From contig NC_135264.1 of assembly GCF_964204865.1 (NCBI RefSeq), positions 13,268,001-13,332,000 on the forward strand: a stretch of DNA of 64,000 nt, given 5' to 3'. This document shows, in pieces, positions 14,254 to 25,924 of this stretch (within the stretch, counting starts at the first letter, position 1; each line of letters begins with the position of its first letter). A program made the translations under genes and the position numbers. Under the pieces are notes generated by a model that did no database searches, had not been told where the DNA came from, and worked only from the letters and a program-made list of their open reading frames with translations. This DNA comes from Styela clava (taxonomy: Eukaryota).

Positions 14254-15632
14254 AAAAGTCAAACCGTACACAGCTATCTCTTTTTCAATGAAAAAATAAC
14301 ATAAATAAAATACTATATTGTTAACAACAGAGCTATTTCTATTAACCGTACCTGAATTTTAAATGAACAATCCGTATCCCTGACTCCGCGCCCGACCAAA
14401 AGGTAAGCAACGCGCAACTGTGCAACGAAACGCCGCGCAGCAATAACGAAGGAGGTGACCGACGCCCACTATCATCTGTGTCAAAATCAAAACACCAACA
14501 AATTCGCCACAAAAAGCGCCAAATTGCTGGAATATGTTGAATCAGAATCTCTAACTTTGTGCTGGATTTCATGAACTGATTTCCTGAATACACAGCTTTT
14601 GTAGTGCGGAAGGTCTCTTATATCTTTTCAGCAAAATTTATCTTGTTAATTTTACATGTTATTTAATATCATAATGGCTCTGCTGATATCATATGTTAGG
14701 CACAAAGTGGTACATCATGTACAAAGGTTTTTCAACAAATTTCGAATTGAGAAATAGCACACAGCATGCACGATGCATGTTTTCTTGAGCATCAACTTTA
14801 TGATTGGCAACATTTATGATTGAGCACATGCTCTTGCATCGAAGGCGCATCTGTCCTCGGTATGAATTTTCCTTAAGACCACCGGTGTATAAGAAATCAA
14901 CAGCATCCCATGCCTTCCAGTTGGGCTTCGATCCCGAAGGCATGAAATACTCTTTCCATTGTCACGATCTCAAAATATAGTACAGTACTGTACAAGCCTC
15001 ATTACAAATTTGGTGTATAACACGAGCATTCGGACAATGTCCAGCTTTTCTCGAAAAATCTACATTGAAACTCAATTCTAATTAAGCAAACAAGTCTTTC
15101 TCTTGTAATCTTTTTTCAACAAAAAACCGAAACCATAACGAAAATTTTAAAGCCCGCGGTAAAAGTACTAACATGCAAAGAAGCTGTCACAATAAAGAAT
15201 TTCCATCAAGCTGACATCAAAACAACGACTTACCTAGCTAGCTGACCTGAGAAATCGGTCTCAGAAGTGAACTGAATATACAAAAATTTTATTTGGGTTG
15301 TTTTGAGCAGGACTACATCTAAAATTATCAGGTCGAACGATTTATTCTACCTTCGGAAAGGGTGACCAAAATGAGGGGGTCAGAAATCCAGCCACTGTAT
15401 TGTATCAAAATATTTTCAGCCCAATTAAATCTATGATCCCTGACAAAGCTTTGCAGATCCTAATCGAGCTCCAAGCAATAAATAATCAACCAGACTTGTT
15501 CCTATAACACAACGCATTCACCTTCCCCAAACTATTCACTATATACCCGGTTTCAATAAATAATGAACAAAAGAGAACGATTTTTTTGTTTTATTTTCTC
15601 GACTCTGCATATCCTGAGCATATTTTAGGACT

Positions 15633-18600
15633 TTAGTAATACTCCGGGAATTCAAAAGTCACATCTTTGCCGGTAAGTTTCTTGTAGACGGCTCCAAAAG
15701 TGTCCAACTAAAAAGCAAAACAATGGTTTGTGAACAAACATTGTAAAAACAAATTTCAAGTTGGAAGTATTATTTATGAACCTGATTGATTATACTTGTC
15801 AACTTAATGTCGACTGGGTATAATAATATCGCAAATATGGTATTCCAAATATATGATTATTTGTTTATATAGATCAGTGCTCCAAACTTACCCCAGGTTG
15901 TGTTGCTAGAGGGCTTAATGGGGGCTGCAGCGTATTGGCAGATTAATTACTCTTCTTCCATTTGCCTCCACCTATCTGTTTTTCGACACAACTCGTGTTA
16001 AACAAAATATCGTTCAAATTCAGAACCAATAACGAGACCAACCATCACCGAAATAGAGCACATCGTTCTCATTTAAAGTCTCTAACCGTCGCAAAAAATA
16101 TTGGCTGTGCCAAGTGGGTCATTATGAAATAAGTTTGAAGAACACTGATGCAGAATATAATACATTATGATCATTGATCAAATAACTTATAATAAAATAT
16201 CAATTCACCAAGGTGCCTTACCACATAAAAAGATACAGAAAAAAAGCATGGATTTACAGTGACAAAGCAGAGTTAAAAATTTCCTATTTATATCAGGAGA
16301 GAAAAGTCCATAAGACTAATCATATGATTAGCCATATGGTGAACCATGTCCTCTTGTCCGGTTACCAGTCCATGTCGAATATCGGAATAGTTATTTGTTT
16401 CAGACGCACGAATTGGAAGACGCCTAACCGACCACTGATTACATGAACCATCCTATGACAGCGAGGAGTCCAGTTATTCTCTCGTACATAATTACCCCCC
16501 CATAAAATTCAATTATGTGAACCCATGCAGGGTCCTCCTATAAAAAAACACGCCATGTTCAGTACCTTGTGTTCGACATTGTTTTGTTGGCTCTTATCTA
16601 AGTGTACTTTGATCAGCCTGGAACAATCCAACTTCACTCGAGTCCTCTTGCCAACGATCTCAGCAGGATAAACAATATCTTCAAGAATATTATCGTGTAC
16701 TGATGTCAGTGTACGACTGAAATGAAAAAGGTGAAATGACATTTATGTACAAAACCAGACTTTTGATAGAGCAGATATATAGCACCTAATCCTGCCCAAA
16801 CAAAGCAATGAAATAAGCAATTTGATGCAACTTCGAGCTTTGTATGGGAATACAGTGTTGTTGTTGGCAAGCGTATGGCTTGATAATCAGCTGACAACAG
16901 AGCATAAGTGCAACACCTCCAGAAAATGTAATTAACTAGGTTACACCAAAAGAAATATATCCATGTCCGAGCTTTCCAGGGACTTGTTAACAGCCAATGT
17001 TCAAAACATGTCATGAATAAGAGCTTCAAAGAGAATGCTTCCACCCCAGAACTAAATGAACTTGGGAATCCACCGTAACAAAAATAAAAGGTAAACCACA
17101 CAGTTATTTGAGTTAGTTCAAGGCAACATAGATTACTTTCTTGGTCTCTTTTGCTTGCTTTTCGACTTTGTCTTTCTTGTTGGCTTTGGGAGAATTCTCC
17201 TCTGTTAAAATACAGCACAAGGTTAACGTGACATTTTTTGTTATCAATGCCAAGGTAATTTTAATAACATACACTTATACGAAAAATAGTGAGTTCTGTT
17301 ACACTGCATGTTAATAATAATAGATATTAAATTTGTACAGTTTATTGATAGAAACCCTATTTCTTAATATACAAGGGAAAGCAAAAGATATGGACGAACA
17401 TCGAGCATTCAGAAAATAATAGATTCAGCAAAACGAAAATTTTCAAAAAATTCAAGCTTTATTTTACAGGGTGTAAAAAAAATTTTGCCTCATTTTTAAG
17501 TAATGACAATCATGAGTTAAAATAAATTTCATTGTATGATAAAAAAGAATTACAGGCACAATATAAACTATTATTAAACTACCAAAAAATGAAGGCAAAG
17601 AAATTTTTAATTGGTATACCATAAAACCAAGCGCAATTTTTTGGACACCCCGTGCAATGCCAGCGCCGACATAAGCTAAAATCTATCAATCTTAAAAAAA
17701 AGTTATACGAAAATGCAAAATATATGCAGTTCGATATACAATGATTAAATATATGGAAAATATTAGACATGCTATTCCATCAGTCCAAAGTTTGACAAAC
17801 ATACTTATATAGACCTGATTTTGTGTATTTAAAGCAATCCCCAAATCAATTTGCTGGCACTGTGGGTAAAATACATAAGCATTGCTGTTTTGACCTACCA
17901 GTAATCATGTAAAGTAAGATACACCACATATCTGCTGATAGGCTCGTGTACAAGGTATTTCTGACAACAAAAAAGTTTTGTCTCAATGCACCAAATTTAG
18001 TGATGAGTTGATCTCTAAGATTCTGAAACTGTGATCCAGCCAGCAGGTGTTATTTTTTCCAGCTCTCAATGCTTACAAGTTAATTTAAATTTGCAACTAG
18101 TGCCATATCTGAGACTAATAAATGGCTATACTTAGATATGTGACTTATCTCAATGACAATTTACAAATTTGAAATAATTCATAATAAGTTAACAAAGTAT
18201 AAGAATCTGACCTATCCATCCTTATACTAACAGTAGGGCACAATTCTCTGATTCCAAGAGGTCCAAGCATTTGGTTGAAAAAAAACACTAAACGAGGGCA
18301 TCTGGCATGACGCGCCATGCTCCCATTATTAATTTAAAACAGTCGTGTCAAGAGTCGGCCATCATGTGACCAAAACCCATCCCAACGACGACTAAAACGA
18401 ATAAATAGTAAAATTTTTTCCTTCGGTAAAACGGATAATTTTTTTCTGAGGAATCCAATGGTTTGGATGGTTTACCCTTTTTAGTTTATTGCGCAGTGCC
18501 GTTTTGCCGATATGGATGCCCAGACTGTCTTGTAAAAGAGGGGTTTGCATACAATTGCATTATAATTGATATCTTTTGCAGTGGATAGTAGGGTGGTGTA

Positions 18601-20043
18601 GCCAGTTTGCGGACGATTTCATTCAAACCGCTATAAAACAAAAACCAATATTTCTAACCCGTTAATTTTTTCACCATAGGTGCATTGGCATTTATTCTAC
18701 ACGCTAAACCTCGAATCAACTTTCTACGACCAGGGGTTAAAGCTATACAAACCACCAAAGTACGACACTCGGAAAACGTATTTGCGACCGAACGACCAGT
18801 GTGCGACGACGGATTTCAAGCCTTGAACATCGTTTCTGCTGCATCGAGACTAGAGCATACGCAGCCATGCGTGGAAAAATTGGGCTTCTAATTGCATTTC
18901 TGACCGTCATATATTTTAAGAACACGGTTATTTCGAACAAAACATGTCAAATTATATAAAAAACACCGCATCACAGCAATCAAACAGACAAAACCACGGT
19001 GGTCGCAAATTGGTCGACAAAGATACTATCGATGTATTGGAAATGCGCACCCCCCTATTCCCCCTCCTTTAAATGTAGAAACGCGAAAATTTGAAAATGG
19101 TTAAAAGAAACACAACTCCACCCCCTTGCCAAGTTTCATCTTTTTATCTCTTATATTTGTATGGATTTTCAAGTTTTTTTAATGAGACAATGGAGTTGGC
19201 GACATGAAAAAAAATGATCCGTTTTTTTTCTTTGGTCGGGTTTTCAGTCGTAACTTTTTTGTTTGTGGCCGCATTTTAGTGTAATTTCGCAGAGCTATGA
19301 GGGACAAGTGGACGATTACGCATGAGAAATATCGTTGCGGTTCGTTAATTTTTTTGGCATTAATTAGATCGATGAAGTTGATAGCCGCAAATAGGTCGTG
19401 GCCGCAAAGTGGGTAAGCCACCCTATTCTTGCGGAATCGGAAGACTGTGCCGTACTGACTGATGCAGAGACATCAATCACTATATTAAAAAACAAAATAC
19501 AAACCTGCGCAATAAACACGATATGTTTTCCGCTGAATTTCTTTTCCAACTCTCTGACCAATCTGACTTGGATTCTTTGGAACGATCTGAGTTGAGGAAA
19601 TGGAACGAATATCACGATCGCATGTCTACCACTTCCCACATCGACTTCCTTTAAAAATAAAATAGCGTCATGTATTTCTCTTTAGGAGTCGGTTTGCCAA
19701 AAAGTTTTGTAAGAAAAAAAAAGCTAATAAAACGAATGACCTGTCTTCACACTGTCACACAATAGAACAAAGATTTTTCGAAACATTCAGACTACAGGAC
19801 TATCAAGAAAAGATATTTTGAAAGCATAGGTCACACCGAATCCAATGAATTTTACGAACTAAACCCAAGAATTGTAGTCTAATGCTTGCAACCTACCTTT
19901 GCCGCCGTGATATATAACTCCCGTAATTGGGTTTTCAGATCACTGTTACTCTCTAATTCAAGAAGAGCTTGAGAAATTGAGGACTCAAAAGCATCCGGCC
20001 TTTCATTATTGGCCTTGACTATCTTTGACCCACCGGGGTACAT
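15633..20043 (-). CDS. RPS7: 40S ribosomal protein S7 (eS7), 193 aa. Exons 20043-19897, 19648-19505, 17201-17137, 16716-16566, 15707-15633
   Basis: Spliced protein [31 protein letters not shown]...[31 protein letters not shown]...[22 protein letters not shown] introns, and AATAAA ~40 nt downstream. Confidence 0.98.
15874..16148. mobile_element. hAT/Charlie-like MITE (CAGTG...AAACT / AGTTT...CACTG)
   Basis: Imperfect TIRs CAGTGCTCCAAACTT and AAGTTTGAAGAACACTG. Related ends occur at ~6743 and 28324-28645. Confidence 0.6.
17466..17654. mobile_element. Tc1/mariner-like MITE
   Basis: TA-CAGGGTGT...AAAAA and TTTTTGGACACCCCGTG inverted ends. A similar element lies at ~56935-57144. Confidence 0.55.
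18231..19457. mobile_element. ~1.2-kb non-autonomous TIR element in rps7 intron 3
   Basis: Left end CAGTAGGGCACAATTCTCTGATTCC versus the reverse complement of the right end, CAGTACGGCACAGTCTTCCGATTCC. Flanks are ACTAA / ACTGA. Confidence 0.65.
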
Positions 20044-20309
20044 GGCTTCTGTTGTTTGCTAAGCTGAAAACAAAAGATAATTATTTAAAACTAGGATTTC
20101 AACAAGAACGCTGTACAAGCAGAAAAGAGGAGCCGTAACGCCATCGCTTCTATGTCAAATTGATCTCTTACTCTAAAGTGAATAAAAGTAAAATTGTCAT
20201 AAATCACAACAAAATGAATCAAAGAAACTTAATGTATATCAAAAATAGTTATTCATCGTGTAAAATTCGTGATTACTACGGATTTATTCAATGAAATTAA
20301 AAAACCAAC

Positions 20310-20338
20310 CAAGTCCAGCCATCCACCATAAAAAGGAC
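20310..20338 (-). promoter_or_regulatory. rps7 non-coding exon 1 with 5' TOP/TCT-type initiator
   Basis: Minus strand TCCTTTTTATGGTGGATGGCTGGACTTG|gttggt: a pyrimidine-tract start followed by a splice donor, as typical of ribosomal protein genes. Confidence 0.65.
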
Positions 20339-21172
20339 CTCGACACGGTTGATCTGCTGCGATCCCTACAGTGTTACGCATGAAGGAATATGGCTCAAAC
20401 TGAAATTAGAAATGGATAAAGTTTATTATGTTTCTCAATCATTATGAAATCAGATGAAAACGAATATTTATATAACATATATTATCATTTACTTTAAGCT
20501 TTGACTGGTTTTTGCTTGGCATATCGGGCAAGACCCGTGAGTGCCACAAGCAAGTAAAAATAGCCGCAAATTTGAATCACGAAATTAAAATTACAGTTTC
20601 TCTAACTTATTCTTCGATTCTAAATTATTTTTATGTAAATTATGAATAGTCATCGGTGTGAAATTTGTAGCCAAGTTGAGACGAAGCAAGCGGAAGCCAG
20701 AAAACAATGACTAGAGAGCAAAATAGAAGCAGTTTAGGGACAGGTCGACATACCGAACCTTTCTGCGTGATTGTTTGAGACTTTTCTCGCAACACCTCCA
20801 CCACTCAACTACCTTTGCGGAAAAAATGAAATTATTATGTACGGTCATTTATGACACCAATTATAACGCATGACCATAAAAAAAGTATCGACAATCATGC
20901 TGAATAAAGTAGATTGTTCAGTCAAGTTTGCAATACGTCGTTTTTAGTGTGTTAATTAAATCAGTAATGACGTCTCGAAAATTCAAGACGAATATGGCGA
21001 TTTGAATCAAGGCTGGAGTTATTTCGAAATAATTTGGCAAACAATTTCTTGGATTTGTTGAATTTGCATACTTCTTTTTTAGTCTTTTTCCGTAGTATTT
21101 AGTATTTTTCTGCATTTGTGCCTTGACTCCAGGAATGATTGTTTGTTTTCAGTAGATGTATTGTGCCGATAG

Positions 21173-21375
21173 GGTTCCATTACATTTGAACCCACGTACA
21201 TTTGAACCCATGACAATTGCACCTGTATGCTATTGCACCTATGAAATTTTTTTTGTTTCACGGATAGTTAAACCCATACTAACCCTAACCCATGGGTTTT
21301 AGCACCAGCATATAGATTGAACCCGTGGATATACGCATGGGTTCAAATGTACATGGGTTCAAATGTACGGTCACC
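21173..21375. mobile_element. MITE with 9-bp TSD (Mutator-like)
   Basis: TSD TGCCGATAG at 21164-21172 and 21376-21384. TIRs are built from TACATTTGAACCCA repeats, and the interior carries CTAACCCTAACCC. Confidence 0.85.
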
Positions 21376-23034
21376 TGCCGATAGCAATGGAAGGATCTAT
21401 TATGTCCCGCTAACATCGCAAATACAAAAGCGTAAAATGTGGCTTTAGTTGGTACGGCCCATGTGACTCTCAAGACTATCTGTGAATCGTAAAATCGACT
21501 GAAAAACGAAAATAAATGACTGGATTCAACGAGTTCGCACGGGTTCGGTGAAACGATGACATGTCATGCAGTAAACCTGGTCAGAATTACAGTGAGGAGT
21601 TGTGTAAAAAATGTGGAAAGGAAGTCGAAATCATATAACGAAACAAAAAATCGAGAATAAAAATATCCGAAAAGGCTAGTTGCAAATGTGACAAATTGAG
21701 AAAGGAACTGGGGAACGGAGTTCAGATTACCGGACCCTCTTTTTTGTTCTTTTTCAACCAGAGTGTGAGAATTTGAAATGATATTAACGCAAACCTAAAA
21801 ACAATTTTAAGTTTTTTAAATAATTTTTCAAGAAGTATTTCAAGTCTTTTCTGAATAATTACTGATTCATAACTTTTCAACTTGTACGTTTATATTTTTA
21901 TCTGTGTGATATAAAATTAAACGCTTTTTCTTACCGCTGCTGTTTTAGATTATGTGCCAAAGGTGTCACATTACTCTTGTTACATGATTATTAGTTACAA
22001 CAAATTATCATGATTTATGATTGTAATAATATAAAATGTAAACTGTCAACCTTATTTATACTAGGAGTGTTGTTTTGATTTAGTGACCGTATGATCCTTC
22101 CGACCTCCTGTCCATCCCGTTGTTAGTCGATTTTTTTCTTTTATATATTGAGTGCTATTATTTGTGTTTCTTGTTTGATCTATTGGCTGATGACTGAATG
22201 ATGATTAAAATTCTATCTATCTATGTTAATATTAATATAACATATAACTAATTAACTTCATGATGGGTTTACCAACTGCGTAAAACGCTGGCTTCGGATT
22301 ATGGTTATCCCAATACTGCCAAAAAATAAAATAAAAGTTTCAAACACATTTATATTACAGCGTTCTCACCCTATTACAGCATTTCAAAAATGAATCATCG
22401 CACACATATGTATGATTGAAAGTATAAACAGGCTAATGGTGTAAAAATATTGTTAATATTGGTGTAAAAGTAATTGGCGCACTCATGAACGCGAAAAAAA
22501 TTGTTCACAATCGAATTGAGTATTGTTTTATAACATTGCATATTTCGATTCTATAGATACCGAATAAGCATCGTTTTGATTATTACGTTATGTAGAGTAA
22601 AGTCAATGCTGTTTGTATCAAAACGGTTAAATACGTCAAATTTTAAATATTTGAATCCGATTTAACTGATGCCAATTTCGATATCCGCAATGAAATCAAA
22701 CAGTAACAGATAACATCTTCTAAATCTTCGATTTCATATGTTTATTGTTTTTACTTATTATATGTCAATTCGAACTTTCAGTTCGTATTTTCGCCGTTGA
22801 TAAATGATCAATTTTTGAATACAATTTCAATTTTTCCATATATATACATTGTGGTTTTTCAATTTCATGCATTATCAATATTGGGATGCGTCAGGATTCT
22901 TATTCACAACTTGGTTTACATTTACATAGTTTAAGTTGGTCATTTATTTAGCATTAGGTAGACTTTGTCTAAATTCATTCGGTGGTATTTTTTTCTAGAA
23001 GAAATCCACGTCAAAAACGTTGAAGTAATTCCTA

Positions 23035-24096
23035 ATGTATTCTGGAGATGATATAGAACAGCTGTCGGAACATGAAAATATACAAAATCAAACCAGCGGA
23101 TACGCTCAGGGATACAATTGGGAGGCTGAATATTTATCTCTAAAAATATTGCGTCCTATTGCAACTTCATTCTCTCTGTACATGGCAGTAACACAAACAA
23201 TATACTGCTTCATCCAAAGGAAGAAGGATAAATCAAGAAATTGCAAAGTACCCGAAGCTAGAAGATTTGGTTTACGACTCAAATTCCTCATGAATGCATT
23301 TTTGGCAGCGTCCTGTATATTCACTACGCTTCGAGGTGCTCTTACATTTCAATATCCCTTGCTGACCAACCTCGAATGCAAACAATGGACATCGGCAACG
23401 TTTGTCTTTTATGATGTTGCGATGCTTCTGGCATACGCGGTGTTGTGGTTGCGACAACTCTCCTTCTATGCCAACCCTTCTCTCAAGCAATTGGAATCTA
23501 AATTCACCAGATTCATAAGCTGGTGTATTATAATATCCATGGTGGCATCGTCGATGTCTGTTATATGCTCTGGACTTATTTTACACGAATACCAATCATC
23601 TGAATATGGATGTATAGCGGTGCCAACTACGTTTGCTTACGAATATGGTCTTCTTATAGGTTTCACTGTGCTGTATCAAGGCAGCCTGCTTGGACTCTTC
23701 ATCTATCCATTAATTAAACACAATAAGAACGCTGGAGTGAACTACATTCGGGATTTGATCAGACGTGTCGCTGTAGCTGCAGTGATTTGCGTTGTTACGG
23801 ATGCCTCATGTGCAGTGTTTTCTGTTGTAAAACCAGAGAGAGAAATTGAATTAGCTTTCTTTATGTATTTCGTGAATCTGAATGCCAATGTTGCCTGCGT
23901 AATTTTCTCCTTTTCTGACTGGAGAAAACGACTTTTACCATTCAGGAGGAAGTCAAAAAGGACGAAAAATGGGCGAATATTCAAGATTTCTTTTGTGTAT
24001 AATCCAAATAAATCAACAATGAGTGGAATGCGAATACGTCGCGTTGCTCCAACTTGTAATAAAGGGACTAAAATTCCAGGAATAACAACTGATTAA
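23035..24096 (+). CDS. Intronless 7TM GPCR-like protein, 353 aa (paralog A)
   Basis: Seven hydrophobic segments, Cys at the top of TM3 and in ECL2 (LEC...YGCI), LWLRQ at the end of TM3, DWRKRL after TM7. Confidence 0.8.
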   Translation: MYSGDDIEQLSEHENIQNQTSGYAQGYNWEAEYLSLKILRPIATSFSLYMAVTQTIYCFIQRKKDKSRNCKVPEARRFGLRLKFLMNAFLAASCIFTTLRGALTFQYPLLTNLECKQWTSATFVFYDVAMLLAYAVLWLRQLSFYANPSLKQLESKFTRFISWCIIISMVASSMSVICSGLILHEYQSSEYGCIAVPTTFAYEYGLLIGFTVLYQGSLLGLFIYPLIKHNKNAGVNYIRDLIRRVAVAAVICVVTDASCAVFSVVKPEREIELAFFMYFVNLNANVACVIFSFSDWRKRLLPFRRKSKRTKNGRIFKISFVYNPNKSTMSGMRIRRVAPTCNKGTKIPGITTD

Positions 24097-24829
24097 GAGA
24101 CAATGGCGCGATTAAGAGACAATGGCGCACTTACCCCAAAAAATAGCTTGTTACGAAAATGCATTGAAGACGTTAGTGCCCTGAACTTAAATCGAAGAAC
24201 ATCATCACAAAAAATTATGAAAAAAAAAATTCTTATAATAATCAATTGTGGAGTTGAATGTTGTCACACATTTTCGTAAGCAAGCTCGTGTCATGTAAGC
24301 GTAAGAATATTCAATGTGCAGTAGTATGGATATATTTCAATTTTGTCCAAGTTTTGTTTTTAAGCTGCATTAAATATTTCAATAAAAAACCTCACTTTGA
24401 ATTTCGTATTTTTTCTGGTTGTTCAACATTTCATTACGGCGAATGAGAAATATATTAGGCCTCATAGTTTTAGTTTGTTCTAAGTTAAGTGATGTTCGTT
24501 ATCTCATATCAAACGTTTGGTATATTTTAAAACTTATTTTCACTTTGAGTCATGTTCTGTTTAATTTTTATTTTTTGGTGATCATGCATTAATTAAAGAG
24601 CTTGTGCTCTATACTTGATTTAAAAACAAATCATTCAATATTTTTAAATTTTTATCGAATAGCCTCAAATCGAATATTTGAGCAACAAATATTACTAGTT
24701 ATGTATATATTCTTATTATTTGATTAAAACTGACTTTTTTCTGACAGCCAATAGGGACACGTACGTTGGTATTTGGCCGGCAAACGGTTGGGTTTTGAAA
24801 CAGTTACTAGTATTTTCGTTGAAATACAA

Positions 24830-25924
24830 ATGTCGTCTTCAGAGTTGGACATCAATGGTGTCAATAATGATGCAAGAACGTCCCACCATATACTAATCAA
24901 TCAATCATCAATTACCTCTCAAAATTACGACTGGGAAACTGAATATTTTGCTCTTAAGATATTGCGACCAGTTGCAACATTATTTTCAGTTTATATGTCC
25001 GTGACACAAACTATGTATTCTGTTAAGCAAAAAAGGAAAGATTTTTTACGCGCCAGGAAGAAAAACCGCAACGGTAATTCTGCACTACGTCTAAAATTTT
25101 TGATGAATTTAGCCATTGCTTCATCTTGCGTATTTGCATCTATCAGAGGAGCAATGGCGTTCCAGTATCCTTTACTGATAGACGCGCAATGCGAGCTATG
25201 GACCTCAGTTACCTTTGTCCTTTACGATATGTCAATGTTTCTTGCATACGCTGTACTATGGATGAGACAATTGTCGTTTTATGCCAACCCGTCGCTAGGA
25301 AAATTGGCTTCAAAATGGACAAAAATGATTAGTTGGTTTATTTTACTTTGTATGACAACATCCTGTCTTTCAATAATATGCTCCGCACTGATCGTCCATG
25401 AGTACAAAGCTTCTATGTATGGGTGCATTGTAGTGCCTCCCACCTATCCATATGAGTACGTCTTTCTGGTTTTCACAACGATACTTTATCAAGGCAGTTT
25501 GCTTGGCCTTTTTATCTATCCACTGGTGAAGAATAATAACAACATGGGAATAAATTATGTGCGAAATCTAATCAAGCGTGTCGTCATAGCAGCAGTAGTC
25601 TGCATTGTCACGGACGCGTCATGTGCTTTGATTTCATTTATAATGACAAGAGACGAGGTGGAATTATCCTTTTTCGTGTACTTTGTGAATCTCAACATGA
25701 ACATTGTTTTTGTTGTATGCTCTTTCGGCGACTGGAGAAAACGTTTCTTTCCCTTCAGCACGAAGGAAAAGGAAGTCAAGTATAGTGTGAATATTTTTCA
25801 CATTTCTGCGGTGTTCAAATCAAATTTATCGAATACACAGGGAATACGGATTCGTCAACTTAGGAAGCATTGCAAGAATCAGTCGACCACCATTGCAGAG
25901 GGAAAACAGCGATCCGAAAACTAA
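24830..25924 (+). CDS. Intronless 7TM GPCR-like protein, ~364 aa (paralog B)
   Basis: Colinear with paralog A (YxWExEY, LKILRP, AYAVLWxRQLSFYANPSL, LYQGSLLGLFIYPL, DWRKR). First ATG is at 24830; the ORF track starts at an upstream TTG. Confidence 0.8.
   Translation: MSSSELDINGVNNDARTSHHILINQSSITSQNYDWETEYFALKILRPVATLFSVYMSVTQTMYSVKQKRKDFLRARKKNRNGNSALRLKFLMNLAIASSCVFASIRGAMAFQYPLLIDAQCELWTSVTFVLYDMSMFLAYAVLWMRQLSFYANPSLGKLASKWTKMISWFILLCMTTSCLSIICSALIVHEYKASMYGCIVVPPTYPYEYVFLVFTTILYQGSLLGLFIYPLVKNNNNMGINYVRNLIKRVVIAAVVCIVTDASCALISFIMTRDEVELSFFVYFVNLNMNIVFVVCSFGDWRKRFFPFSTKEKEVKYSVNIFHISAVFKSNLSNTQGIRIRQLRKHCKNQSTTIAEGKQRSEN

Noticed and set aside
16745-17080. Telomerase RNA or RNase P/MRP RNA in an rps7 intron
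   Set aside because: No CUAACCCU template and no convincing CR-I/CR-V P4 pairing; kept only as a generic structured-RNA candidate.
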